64,000 nucleotides of DNA from Paramoeba atlantica (GCA_977017575.1 CDRNVI010000187.1:1-64000); one strand, 5' to 3'; counted from the first letter of the stretch, positions 47,536 through 60,755 are shown. Numbers and translations are program-made. The notes: generated by a model from the letters alone, not told the origin.

Positions 47536-50500
47536 CTACCGATCCCATCTTGCCATCAATTGAGAGACAGCAGGGTGAGAGGGATCATCTTGCCAAAGAG
47601 GGAAAGAGTTACAATGCCCATGACGATTTGGAATATCGGAAGGACGATAGCGATGTTGCAAAGCCATTCTGATGAAAGAAAAACTTAGTAAAAAAATTCA
47701 AGAAAAAGAGAAAAAAGAAAGAATAAAAGAAAAATAAAAATTCAAAATGAAAAGAAAAACCCATCCAACTCATCAAGCAAATCTTCATACTCAGTCTCCT
47801 TCAACCGCTCCCGAATCACCGGTCCATGTTGTGGTCCAGCAAGCCAAGGACCACCATAAACAACTTCTTCTCCACTTTCAAGATCCTTTCCACCTAACAT
47901 GACAGCCAATTTTCCCAAACGTTGAGGAATGAGTTCAAAAGTCTCAGATGGCATAATTTGAGAAACCAGTTCAGACCACAAACTCATCCCACGACTGAAA
48001 TTAGGAAACGATTTCACTCCCATCACAAATTGGTCCACTGACTCTAAGTTGTGCAACAGGAAAGTCGCGTGCTCTTCGCTTTGTTGTGCTGCCAATTGAT
48101 TGTTCCATTTTTCTTTTCGTTTTCCATTCAACAATCCATGGATGTGTTGGTAGAGCCGTTCACCTTCCTCAGGATTATCTGGGCGTAAGATCGCTACTTT
48201 TTTATCAATCAAGTCTCGGAAACGATCATTTGTTGGCGCGAATGCAGCTTGCAAGATTGCAAAATACAGACAATCTTCGTATTCTTTCTGAGTCATGTTC
48301 TCCAATCCAACAGCTCTTGTTTGAGTGATAAAATATTCCACTGTTTTATAGACTTTGACTTCCTTCTTCATCTCTTTTGTCAGCTCTTTCATTTTGGGAA
48401 AGGGCTCAAAGTCAGAAAACTTGACAGGAACAAAGTCACCATTTTCTTTCAACTCTGGGGGAGAATCAACGGTGAGAGGGGCAGATTGAGGGTGATCTCC
48501 AGCCACCATACGACGAACCAAGGAAGCGTAGGCATCAGGACCGGCATGTTGAATGGAAGCCTCTCTTGCGAGCTGTCTTCGATAAATCTCAGCAATCAAA
48601 ATGGGTCCAAAGCCTTCTCCAAGAGTCTCGATTGGTTTTTGAGCAGCAAGAATGGCTCCATACAAAATATCAAGGGTTGGGAGTTCAGATTTTTTGTGAG
48701 AGGAAACATCAACACAAAACTTCTCCAAAAATGTCATTGGACGGAGTTCCTCTGGGACTCTGAGGGTCTCCAAAAGTTCGGTATCAAACATAATTTCAGT
48801 ACAAACTTTCCGAAACTCTTCCACAATCATTCGAGAACGATCACTTTTAGCTTGTCTATGCAGACGAGCCAACACAGCAAAGAGAGCAGGGATTTGTGGT
48901 GGAGCATAAGCAGTTGGAGAAAGAGCAAAAAAGTGACCACAGAGAACAGGAAGCAAGAGACGAATACGAGCATAGTGGAACGGAGTACAATACAAAGGAA
49001 GTCCAGCATTAATAACTTCTGCGTTAATTCCTGTCAAAAGTTTCGAGACTGTTGAGAAATCGAATGTTCCGGTGGCTTCCTTGTTTCCTCTTCCAATCTG
49101 AAACTGGGCAGCTTGCTCCAAGGTAGTCCAAGATACCATTGTATTTCCAAGGGTCACTCGCAGCGCGGTAGGTTGGTCAACTGTAATTTCGTCACGTTCA
49201 ACCATTAACCCAAGCATCAAAATGTTTGTCTTGGAACCAGTTAAGATTTCAGGGAGAGTATCTTCATAAATATCATCTCTCAAGTCACTCATCTTAATCA
49301 ATTCCTCTCTACCAGCAGGGGCAGCGCCATCTTGAGCTTCTTCTTCTCCTCCACTTTTACTTGGTGTAACAGGAGGCACAGACATAAATTGATGCTCAAG
49401 ATTGCTTAACTCTTTTTCAGTAAGGTCAGGAAGAGCTCCCAATTTCTTCTCAATACTTCCCATTAATCCGCGATTGGCAAGTGTTCTCTTATCCAGGTTC
49501 TTTTCTCTCCGAGACTTTTTCATCCTCCCCTTAAAGGCCATCGCTTTGAAACGAGCAACTAACTCAGACTGATTACAAAGTTTCTTATCAACCTTCATGG
49601 CCACCAAATGCCTCATCTCGTCGATCTCTCTTTGAATTTCCAACAATTGATGTCCGACTTCCTTTCTCCTATCTTTTGGCGCACGCTTTCTAATTAGCTC
49701 GAGTCGTTCCTCCAACTCGATAAGTCTCTCTGACCCATTCGGAGAATACAAATCTCTCTGCAAAAGAGCGAGATGATAATCAGTCCCAACCACACCCTTC
49801 AAAATATTCGGAATTTCTTTCATTTCAGTCAAAGAAGAATTCAATTGGAGAGAAATTTTCGTTGGAGCTTGAGAAACCCACATCTCACCAGACATGGTAA
49901 CTTCATCACTACCACCGCTCTCGTCATCAAGATAAAAGGTCACAAAACGTTCCGGACTATCATCGACAAGAACAGGGAGCTCCACAGCCTTCCCAGCAAA
50001 GGTTAAAAGTTGTTTTGCTTCAGTGATAATTTGATCATCATCTTGCTTTCCAGGACGAGAAGAAGCGAAAACATAGACTCCTTCACCTGTTCCGGAAGTC
50101 CGAATCTCTTCAAGAAGATCGACTCGAGATTGTCCGCCAAGCCCAAAACTGTGGATGAAAACGTTTCTTCCTGTGGCTCTGTGGGGAGAGAGAGAGAGAT
50201 TAGAATTTAGGAGGAGGGAAAAAAGGAACCAAAAAAAAATGGTAATAAAAATAAAAAAAGAAAATAAAAAAATAAATAAATAAATAAATAAAAATGAATA
50301 CTTTTTAAATTGGAGAATAGTGGCTCTCAAATCATGAAGAGAAACACCATGTCCTCTCGGAGCCAAAGGAGCATCAGAAGGAGCTCCATCAGTCATGAAA
50401 ACAAAATCAATCGAATCTCCCCCTCTCCTCTCAGTTCCTTCTCTCTCTCCTCCTCCTTCTCTCTTTCCTTTTAATTGGGAAGAAGAAGAAAGAGATTTGA

Positions 50501-52999
50501 GGTATGAGTTCATGCAGTGGAAAGCGAGACGGAAGTTTGTGATTCCGCTTTGCCATTTTGAGGTGAGTTCTTTGCCTTGAAAAAACAAATGAAATTAGAA
50601 AATAAGAAGGAGAAGAAAAGAAGAGAGAAAAGATAAAGAAAAAGAAAAGAAAGAAGAAAGAAGAAAGAGAGAAGAAAAAGAAAAGAAAAAGAAAAGATAC
50701 TGAGTTGAGGGTTTGTTCCTGTCAAGAACTGAGCGGAAGTCGAATAATTAATAATTTTAAATTCCAATCCCTTTGAAAAAAGAAAATGAGTAAAATAAGA
50801 AATGAAAATGAGAAATAAATAATAATGGAAAAAAAAGAAGAAAAGAAAACCTCTTCTTCCAAACTTGAAACAGCTTTCAAGATTTGGTTTTTTGGAGTTC
50901 CAGACATTGATCCAGATGTATCACATACAAAAATCACTTCCTTTCTGAGAAGAGAAAGAGAGAGAAAGAAAGAATGAGAAAGAAAATAAGAAAAGGGAGG
51001 GAGAAAAAAAAGAAAACGAATTCCTTCAAACAAATAAAACAAAAAAAAAAATAGAAAAATTAAAAAATAAATAAAAAGAAAAGAAAATAAAAAAAAACCT
51101 CTCTTTTGTTTTCTCAACAGGAGCAACAATCTTCACCCAAACATCCTCCCCTCTCTCCTCCCCTCTCTCTCTCCCTCTCTCTCTCTCTTCCTCTCCTCTC
51201 TCGCTCTCTCTCTCTTCTTTCTTTCTCTTAGGAGTATAAACAGTGGCAGAAAGAGAGGGAAGAAGAGGAGAAGAATCGATATTTTGTTCCAATAAATCGA
51301 GAGTTTCTACTATGTAACCAGAGGGTTCTGCTAACTTAATTTCGAATCTATTTTTTTTTTTTTTAATATTTCATTTTATTTTATTATTTTTCTTTTTCTT
51401 TTTTTTCTTTTTCTTTTTTCTTCTTTTTTTATCTCTTATCTTTTTATCTTTTTTTTTTAAAACTTTTTTAAATACCTTGTTTGGAAAGGGACATCACCAT
51501 TCCGAGAGATGACAACGAGCCGATCGACCAGAATGGTTGCGGAAAAGCAACGAGAAAGATTGAGTCTCTTTTCCAACTCTGAGAGAGATACCGTGTGTGA
51601 GAAGAGAAAAAAAAGCTAAAAAAAAAAACTAACAAACAAAAAACAAATAAATAAAAATAACAAACCAAAAATAAAAATAAAAAAAAATAACAAACCAAAA
51701 ATAAAAACAAAAATAAAAATAAAAAAAATAAAAATAAAAATAAAAATAAAAATAAAAACCATTGATAGAAATTTTAGAAGACCATTGTCCAATGGTCAAA
51801 TGAGGGAGCAATTTTTGTCTCGCTTTTGCATCTTTCAAATAATTTGGAAAGATTTTTAACAATCCTTTTTTTTTATTTTTTATTTTTGTTAATTTTTTTT
51901 GGAGGAATGTTTTTTTTTTCTTTTTTCTTTTTTCTTTTTTCTTTTTCTTCTTTCTTTCTTTTTCTTTTTTCTTTCTTTCTCTTCTCTTTTTTCAAAAGAA
52001 ACAAACAAACAAACTTTCATACAAATCATCAAAAGCTGTTTCCGGTTCAGTTCTCGGTGCCAAATGCACTGTTTGGCTCTTTCCCTAAAAAAAGAGTAAA
52101 TTAAAGAGAAAAAAAGATCAAAAATACAATGAAAAATACAGAGAAAAAATCCAAAAAAAATCCAAAAAAAACAAATAAAAATCCAAATAAAAATACAAGT
52201 AAAAATACAAATAAAAATACAAAAAAAAATACAAATACAAATAAAAATAAAAATACAAATAAATAAATAAATAAATTACTTGTGGGAAAGATTGCAAATC
52301 CTCAAATTCCAACAAAAAAGAAGGAAAATCTCTCAATCCTTCTCTCAATTTTTCCACCGCTTGATTAATTTGTTTTCCTGAAAAAGAAATTATTTTAGAA
52401 AAGAAGAAAGGAGAAGAGAGAAGGAGAGAAGAGAAAAGAGAAAAGAGAAAAGAGAAGATAAATAAAGAGGAGAGAGATAAAATCAAAGCAAGAAGATTTT
52501 GGGTGGCCATTTTGAATGGTTTCCTTTGGATTTGAAATCATTTCAAAATTAAATCAACAGAAAGAAACAAAAAAGAAAAAAAACAAAACCAAAAAAACAA
52601 AACAAAAAAAAAACAAAAAAAAAAAACAAAAAACAAAACAAATAAAATAAAAATAAAAAACCATCAGAATCAGGAAGATAAAGATCATCAAGAACAAAAG
52701 GAAACATGATGTTCAAATGTGGCATCCATCTTTGGAAGGCCTTGTCGTGGAACTTTCGAATTGTGTTTATTTCCTGGACAAAAGAAAATTGAGAAGAGAA
52801 AGAAAATTGAGAAGAATAAAAAAAAGAAAGAGAAAAGAAAGTTCAAAAAAGAAAAAGAAAAAAATCAAAAAAGAAAAAAAAGAAAAAAAAAAACCTTATG
52901 CAAATTCTCAGGAACACCAACCATCAAAGCACTCGAATAAGACCACTCAAACTTCCCCTCTCTCTTATCCCCTCTCTTTCCCTCCTTCTCTTTCTCCAT
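47536..52999 (-). CDS. Fusion of a 2H phosphoesterase (2'-5' RNA ligase-like) domain, a VWA domain and a large uncharacterised helical region
   Basis: Phase-compatible exons: MEKEKEG...SSALMVGVP...|EINTIRKFHDKAFQRWMPHLNIMFPF...|...LLPHLTIGQW|...VDRLVVISRNGDVPF|...VIFVCDTSGSMSG (MIDAS)...FVFMTDG...IHSFGLG...; last exon YRPSDIPNRHGHCNSFP...WDR stop. Confidence 0.82.
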
Positions 53000-53349
53000 T
53001 TTTCTTCAAAAAAATTCTTTTCAAAAAGAATAAACTTTTGGAAAAGAAAGAAAGAAAAGAGAGACATCTTTTTTTGAGAGAAGAAAAAGGAAAATCGGAA
53101 GAATTTCACTTTTTCACAGAAAACAAACAACAAAGAGAAAATGACGAAAATTGCGTGAATTTATTTTTAGTATTGAAAAATGGTTTGAAGGATTATCACA
53201 TGTAAAAATTAATTTGTGTCTTTTTTGTTTCATTTTTGTTTTTTCGACGGTTGGATTTAATTTTGTGATATTTGTTGAAATGAAAACAAATTGGAGACAT
53301 TGAACAAGAACATTGTACAAGAACAAAAAAAAAACAGAAAAAATTGTCT

Positions 53350-56300
53350 TTATTTCTCAACAACAAAAAAATGAGAAGCTTTGTTTTTGAATTCAGCCAA
53401 GTTCGGTTCCATTGGCAAATAATTGCGATAAAATCCGAGATGACAACCGGAATGGAGACACGATTCAAATGAATAAACAGGTAAAAATTCTCCTGTGTTG
53501 TGTTTTTGTGCTTTTTCTCTTTTGTTTTTTTGAGAGGGGGGAAAGAGGAGAAAAGAGAAAAGAAGAAAAAAGTTAGAAAAAGAAAAAGAAGAAAAGAAAA
53601 AAAGAAAAGAAAGAATTACTTGTGAAGATAGACATAAAATTCAGACTGTTTTGGAAGAGCAGTTCTTGTTAAAGAATCAGGAGAAGGAATACTTAAATAG
53701 TATGAGTTGTGTCCAGCATTTCGAAGTCGAACTCTGGTCTCATCCTATTTTTTTTTTTTTGGTGATTCATTGAAAAAAGAAAAAACCAAAAGAAGAGAAA
53801 AAAGAAAAGAAAGAAAAAGAAAAGAAAAAAAAGAAAAGAAAAAAAAAAAGAAAAAAAGAAAAGAAAAAAAAATGAAAAAAAGAAAAACAAGAAATTACCT
53901 CCAAACTTCTTTCAATCATAAAATGTCCATAAGATCCAGTGTGGCCTGCTGCCTCAACTCTTTTTTGAAATTGAGAGACGAAAATGTTTTTTCCTTTTTG
54001 TTGAATCAATTTAGAACCACAAAAAATAAATCAAACCGAAAATGATATTAAATAATTGAATCAAAAATCCAGTTTTAAAGAAAAAAAAAAGAAAAGAATT
54101 CAGAAGAATTTAAGTAACAGAAAGAATGAAATGGTTTTAAACAAAAAAACAAAATAGAAGAAAGCAATTTTATGAATTTTAAAAAAAATAAAAATTAAAA
54201 TTAAAACCTGTATTTACAGAAACAAGTTTAACAATTGTCCCATGTTCAAATGGAGGTTCCAAATGCATAATTTTCTCCGCTTCAACTTCTTCTATTTTAA
54301 ATTGAAATAAAAAGGGTGAGAGATAAAAAGAAAAAAGAAAAAAGAAAGAGAGGAAAGAGAGGAAAGAGAGGAAAGAATAAAAAAAAATGAGACCTGAATA
54401 TGAATCAATTTGCATAGATTCCCCCATCTCCCTTTCTTCTTCTTTTCCTTTCTCTTGTTCTATTTCTTGAAGTTGATGAGCAATCATTGAATCTCTTTTC
54501 TCTCTTTCTCTCTCTTCTTCTAGACTCTTTCTGAAAGCAAGTGGTGGGGTCATCTCATCTCCTACATTTTTCTTTCTCTCTCTTTTCTCTTTCTCTCCTT
54601 TCTTTTGGGCTTTGAGGACACGAAGAGAGAGCGCTCGTGTAAAAAATTGATCTCGTGAAAGCTTTCGAAGGACACGAAGATATTCTTTTATATCAAACGA
54701 AGAAGGAGTAAAAGAAGAAGAAGAGAGAGAAGAAATATGAGAAGATAAGATATAAAACGTATCTTCAAAAGCGCGGACTCTTGCTGTTAAACAGAGTTGT
54801 TGTGTATCAAGTTCAGTTTGACAAGAATAACTCTCTTCCCAACTTCTCTTTCTCTTTCTTTTTCCTTTCCCTTCTTCTCCTTCTACTTCAGTCATTTCTT
54901 CATTTTCTTCTTTCGCAGAAGAAAGGAGATTTGAGAGAGTTTGAGTTCGAGAATGGAGAGTGTTGAGTTCACCGTCTTGTTTTTGTGAAAGTTGATCCAG
55001 TTGCTTTGCAACCTGTTTTGTATTTTGGAGAATGAAGGAGATTTAAGTCTAAAAAGGAAGAATTTTTTCGAGGAAAAAAAGAGAGAAAAAAAATTAAGAA
55101 AGTAAAACATTATTTAAATAAGTATGGCGGCTTTCGAGGGCATTTTTTGTGGTTGTTAATTCCCCAACCTCTCTAAAAAACAAAAAGAGTCAACCAAAAA
55201 CAAAAGAGAGGAGAAAATGAGAGAAAAAAAAAGGAAAAAAGGAAAACCTCAGGACGTAAATACTTAATTCATCATATCTTTTTGATAATTTTCCTAAAAG
55301 AATTTCCATTTTCTTCTCTTTTGGAGTTGGAACTGGCCTGTGTCCTGATTGAGGTGTCATACTCATCATGGTCCCTGGATTTGTAGTGACATTCATTGTG
55401 ACACCTGGATTGGATGGTGCGTTACTTCCATTGGAAGTTGGTTGAGCTGAGATTGAGGAAGAGAAAGAAGAAGAAGAGTAAGAAAATTGGCGATGGTCCG
55501 TTGTTGTTGAAGAATATTGTGGAGATTGGGAGGTTGGGATTGTTGTTGTTGGGGTTGTCAAGAGTTTTGGAGTTGTTGTTGCTATTATTGGTTGAGTTGG
55601 TTGAGTCGGTTGGGAAGGAGGTGTTACAGTTGTAGTTGGAGGTGTTGGCGATTTTGGTGGTGGGCTTGCCTGCCCTCCATAAGAAGGAAAAGTTGTTGAT
55701 TGATGATAAGATGGAGGTGGGGCTCCTGTTACAGTTGGAGCTGTATTTGAAGGAGGTGGACTTTTGTAATTTGGAGGTAAAGGGTATCCTGTTCCTGGAG
55801 TTGTATAACTAGGAGAAGGGACATTGGCTCTTGGAGGAGGAAAAGGATTGGGAGGAGGTTGGGAAGGTTGTATTTTGGGCTGAGGTTGTTGGGGAGGTCT
55901 GGTTTGAGGTTGAGAAGGTTGAGGAGGTTGAGAAGGTTGAGGAGGTTGAGAAGGTTGAAAAGATTGAGAAGGTTGTTGGGAAGGTTGAGAAGGAGGTTGA
56001 GAGGGAGAGACGGAGTAAACTGGGGGGTTGACAGCAAAGACGCGGACCATATCGTGAATGATGTGGGCGGCTGTGGATGATCTTGGGTTCCACTGGTTGA
56101 GGGAAGGGAGAAAACATTGGCCCTGTTTGGTTAAAGTTGAGAAGAGAGAGCGATGAAGAAAAGGAGAGAGGAAAAGAAGAAGGAAGAGGAAAAGGAAAAA
56201 AAGAAGAAAAAGGCGAAAAAAAAAGAGATGGGAAAAAAAGAACCTGACGATTGACATGAGGATGATTTTCTTGAATTTTAATCCCACTCGTTGCTTCAAC

Positions 56301-56690
56301 ATATGCCAAGGGAGGAGAGTTTGGATAGGTTTTTCCAAGAGAAATTCTGATGGGAATATTGTAGATTCTTCCCTATTCTTCAACGATTAGAAAGAGATCA
56401 TTGGGAGAAAATTTCTTGGGTGGAAGAGATCTTAAAACCTTAAAAGAGACAGGTATAGTCCCAACAAGACATAGGAGAGGGGGGTTCAATAATTGTGAGA
56501 GATACAATCCTGTTTCATTTTTGTGTGTCAGATTTCAAAAAGGGATGAATAATAAAAGGCAAGAAAGAAGAAGACCAGCAAAAAGCGAAAGGCACTCTCT
56601 TGTATCAGCAATAACCTTGTTTCGATTCACATAACCCGCAACAAACGAAGTCACTCTCCGATCGTTCGGATCTCTTGTTCTGAAAGCCAT
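53350..56690 (-). CDS. VPS23: Vps23/TSG101 (ESCRT-I): UEV, Pro-rich region, coiled coil, steadiness box, plus a C-terminal extension
   Basis: UEV: LCLVGTIPVSFK...IYNIPIRISLGKTYPNSPP...HPHVNRQ|GQCFLPSLNQW...FAVNPPVY. SB: AFEDTFYIL...YLRVLRKLSRDQFFTRAL. Four further in-phase exons run to TAA 53350. Confidence 0.88.
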
Positions 56691-56983
56691 CTCGATTCCC
56701 CCCCTCGATTCCTTTTCTCTCTTCCCCTTTTTTCTTTCTTCTCCTTTTTTCTCCTTTCTTTTTCAAATCCTTTTCTGCCAATTTCTGATTTTCAATCAGA
56801 AATTTTTTTTCGGTTTTTCACACGGTGAGATAAAATAAGGGTGTCCCAAAATATAGGGACACCATTCTTTTTTCGGGTTTTTGTTTTTGTTGTTTTTTCT
56901 CTGTTTGCGTGATTGAAAAAAGAAGTTTTTGTTGGTTTTTTTTTTTGTTTTGTTATTTTGATCTTTGACTTTTTGGGGAAAGA

Positions 56984-59045
56984 ATGGAAGATCGAGAAGA
57001 TGATGAAGAGGAATTTGAACAAGTTTATGAACTTCAAAGTTGGATTGGCGAGTTTGTTTTTATTTTCTTTTTTAGTTCAAGTTTGAGTAGACTCAAAAAA
57101 CAAAAAGAGAATTCAATCAAGACATTGAACTAAAAAAAAGAAAGCAAGAAACAAAAGAGAAGTTATTCTTTACTATCAAAAAAAAGAGACAACACAAAGA
57201 AAAAAAAACAAAAAAATATATTTTCACAAAAAATATGATCAGAGAGCAGATATTCAAAGAAAAATTAAAAGAAAACAAAGAGAGAGAGAAAGAAAAAAAA
57301 ACAAAAGAAGAAGAGGCTATCTTTCAAAGGAAAAGAAAGAATCATAAAGAATCAATAACAAAAAAAATCCAACAATCACTGATAAATTCAATAAAATAAT
57401 TAATAAAAGAAAGAAAAGAAAACAAAGAAAGAAAAAAATTGAATAAAAATAAATAAAAATCACCTTAAAGTCTAAATCAAAAATCAAAAAAGAAAAAAAT
57501 CAAAAATAAATAAAAAAATAAAAAAAAATAAAAAAAAATAAAAAAAGTAAACTAATAAAAAAATAAATAAAAAAACAGAGGAGCGAGTTGTGCAGTACAC
57601 ATTGGAATAAACCGAAACACAAACGAAGAAGTGGCAGTGAAAGTTATTTCCAAGAAAATTATTGAATCCAATCCGTTTTTTTTTTCTTTTTTTTTCTTTC
57701 TTTTTCTTTTTTTTCTTTTTTTTGTTTTTTTTGTTTTTTGTTTTTTGTTTTTTGTTTTTTCTTTTTGAGTTTTTTTTCTTTTTTTTTTTTTCCTCTTTTC
57801 TTTTTTGTTTTTTGTTTTTCTCTTTTCTCTTTCTTGTTTTCTGCTTGATTGTTTATTTCTCATTTTCTCTTTTCTCAGGGGATTGACGAAAGAAATTAAT
57901 ATTTTGAAAGAATTGGATCATCCAAATATCGTGCATTTAATTGATGCTCACACAACAAAGAAAAATCTTTACATTGTGATGGAATTGTTTGTTTTTCTTT
58001 TTTTTTTTGAAAAAGAAAGGAGAGGAAAGAAGTGAAGAGAGAAGAGACAAGACCTCGAAAAGAAGTGCAAAACAAAAAAAAAGAGCAAAAAATAAAAAAA
58101 TAAAACAAAAAATAAAAAAAAATAAAAAAATAAAACAAAATAAAAAAACAAAATAAAAAAACAAAAAATTAAAAAATAAACTAAAAATAAAAAAAAAAAG
58201 GATCTGCGGAATGCCACTCTTCGACACAATATTAGAAGAAAAAAACTTCAACGAAAGAAAAGCACAACAAATTTTAGAGAAATTATTTTCTGTTCTTTCA
58301 TATCTCCACAAAAAGAGAATTGCACATCGAGATTTGAAGCCTGAAAATGTTATTTTTTCTTCTATGGAAGAGGATGCTGAACCGAAAGTTCTTGATTTTG
58401 GTGTTTCTAGATGTTTTTGTGATGGTTTGTTTTTTTTGTTTTTGTTTTTTTTTTTTATTTTTTATTTTTTATTTTTATTTTTTTTTGGAGAGATTTTTTA
58501 TTTTCTTTTTAGAAAAATACTTTTATTTTGATCGAAAATTATAAAAAACAAAAACAATATTATTTTTCCTTCAAATAAAAAGATATGTCATTCATTCTTG
58601 TATTTAATTTATTAATAATTTCATCTCATTACCATATAATCTGATGCCAAATTCTTCCTTAGAAGAAGATATTGTAGAAGAGGATTATGATGGAATTGGA
58701 ACTTTGGGATATAAAGCCCCTGAAATGGTCCTCAATCAACCTAGTAAATTACAGGTTTTCATTTTTTTTTTTTTTTAATTAAACTTTTTTTTCTTTCTTC
58801 TTCTTTCTTTTCTTTTTTCTTTTCTCTCAAAAACCTTTCTTTCTTCAATTTTGACATCTCTCATGTCTATTTTTTTTAGGTTGATTGTTGGTCAATGGGA
58901 GTGATCGCATACATTATGTTATGCGGATTTCCTCCCTTTTTTAGTGATCCAAGAGATCGAGACGATCAAGATCAACTTATGAATGCCCCTTTTTGGTTTT
59001 TTTGTAACTCACCAACTGATGAACTCATATCTCAGGTTATTATCC

Positions 59046-59076
<31 letters not shown>

Positions 59077-60564
59077 TCTCTCTTCTCTCTTCTCTCTTCT
59101 TTTTAGAGGTAACCATTTTATTAAAAAACTCTTCCTCTCTTTCCCCTTTCCTTTCCCGTTTTAAAATAGATCACAACGGCGGATTTTTCATTTCCAGAGG
59201 CGTTTTGGAAAGATATTTCTCCTTCTGCAAAAGATTTTGTTTCGAAATTGTTAGTTGTTGATCCAAATGTCAGAATGTCAGCTGATCAGGTAAAATATAT
59301 GTTTTTTTTTTTGTCCTTATTCTTTTTTCATCTCTTCTAAAAGAAAGCTAACCTTCAACCTTTGTGATTCACAAAACTATTTTCTTTTGAATTGAATCAT
59401 TTTTTCTCTATTCCTTTCTTTCCTCAAGGCACTCGCACATCCTTGGATGAAAGGAGAAAAAGAAGTAAAAGAAGAAATTCCGCTTGCCCCTCTTCCTTCT
59501 CAGAGAGTGTTACGTAGACAAGAGACAGTTTGTCAAAGTATGCAAGTTTTACCAATTTCTCCAAGTTCGTAATTTGCTTTCTTTCTTCACCATTCATTTT
59601 TTTTTATTATTTTGAAATCAAAATTTTCTTTTCTTTTTCAAATTTTGAAATTTTAGAGCCGAATTATCAAGATTTTTTGAAAAAAACTGAGTCCACTCTT
59701 CTGCTTGGTGATGGTCGTTCCACTTTAAGGTTTTTTCCTTCTCTTTTTTTTTTTAATTTTTTTTTTCTTTTTATTGAATTGAATTGTTTTTTTTTTGTTT
59801 TTTTAAATTTGATCATTTCTCACTCCCATTTCTTTTTTTTCTCCTTTCTCAAAAATAGAATGGCACAAAAGAAATGGACAGACTCAGCAACGACAACAAT
59901 CTCGTTTGCTCTTCCTGGTGGTTTGGAAGACTTTGCAAAAGCCTCTCAAGCACTTGCTGCAGCTGAGTCAGCAAAAAAGGAAGACAAAGAGCAAGAAGGG
60001 AAAAAAGAAGAAGAGAGTGGAAAGGAGAGTGGAGAGAGTGTACCAACAACTTCTCGAATGGTTTTCAAGAGAGCTGATGCGCATCCTGATTTGTTGAAAT
60101 CGAGAAAATCTTTTGAGTTAAATTTACCTTTTGTGCAAGAAAAAACTATCGAAGATGGGGATGATGGGAGGCTTAATTCAGGGGATCGGTTGAAACGAGA
60201 TCGAAAAAGAGAGAAAGAAAAGAAAAAGAAAAGAAGATCATCAAGAAAGAAAAATTCCGATCAGTATGCGGTTTCAGAGCCAATTTGGAGTTCAGGCTCA
60301 AAAGTAGGAGAAGAGAAAGGAAAGATGGGTTGGACAATGGATTCCTTGCAGGGCGAAGATCTTGCCATCCGTCCAAGATCAAAGAAAAAGAAAGGGAGAA
60401 AAATGGATGTAGATAAGAAAAAGAAAGAAGAGAAAGAGAAGTCAAAGGAAGTTCTTGAGTCTCATTTGGCTTCGAAAATTGAAGGAGGGAAAAAGAAAAG
60501 GAAAGATTCAAAAGTTCTCGGGTCCCATTCATCTGCAACAATTGAAGAAAAAAAAAAGAAGTGA
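56984..60564 (+). CDS. CAMK-group (CaMK1-like) Ser/Thr kinase with a charged low-complexity C-terminal tail
   Basis: IG|EGASCAV, VAVKVI, EINILKELDHPNIVHL, HRDLKPEN, DFG, GTLGYKAPE, DCWSMGVIAYIMLCGFPPF, ISPSAKDFVSKLLVVDPNVR. Confidence 0.92.
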
Positions 60565-60755
60565 AATAAAAGGGAAAGAAAAAAAAAAAGAGTGAGAGAG
60601 AGAGAGAGTGGGTGAGGGTGATGGAAAGAAAAGAATTTTTTCTGAAATAAAGGTTTTAATTTGCAAGTCAAGTTTTTAAGTTCTCATTTTTTTTTTGAAT
60701 TTTTCTCTGTCTCTTTTTCTCTTTCTCTGTGTTTCACACACTTTTGGAAGACTAA

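Noticed and set aside
48086-50210. Plus-strand ORFs antisense to the VWA gene, and similar ones antisense to the myosin
   Set aside because: They are antisense shadows of long coding exons, with no domain signal.
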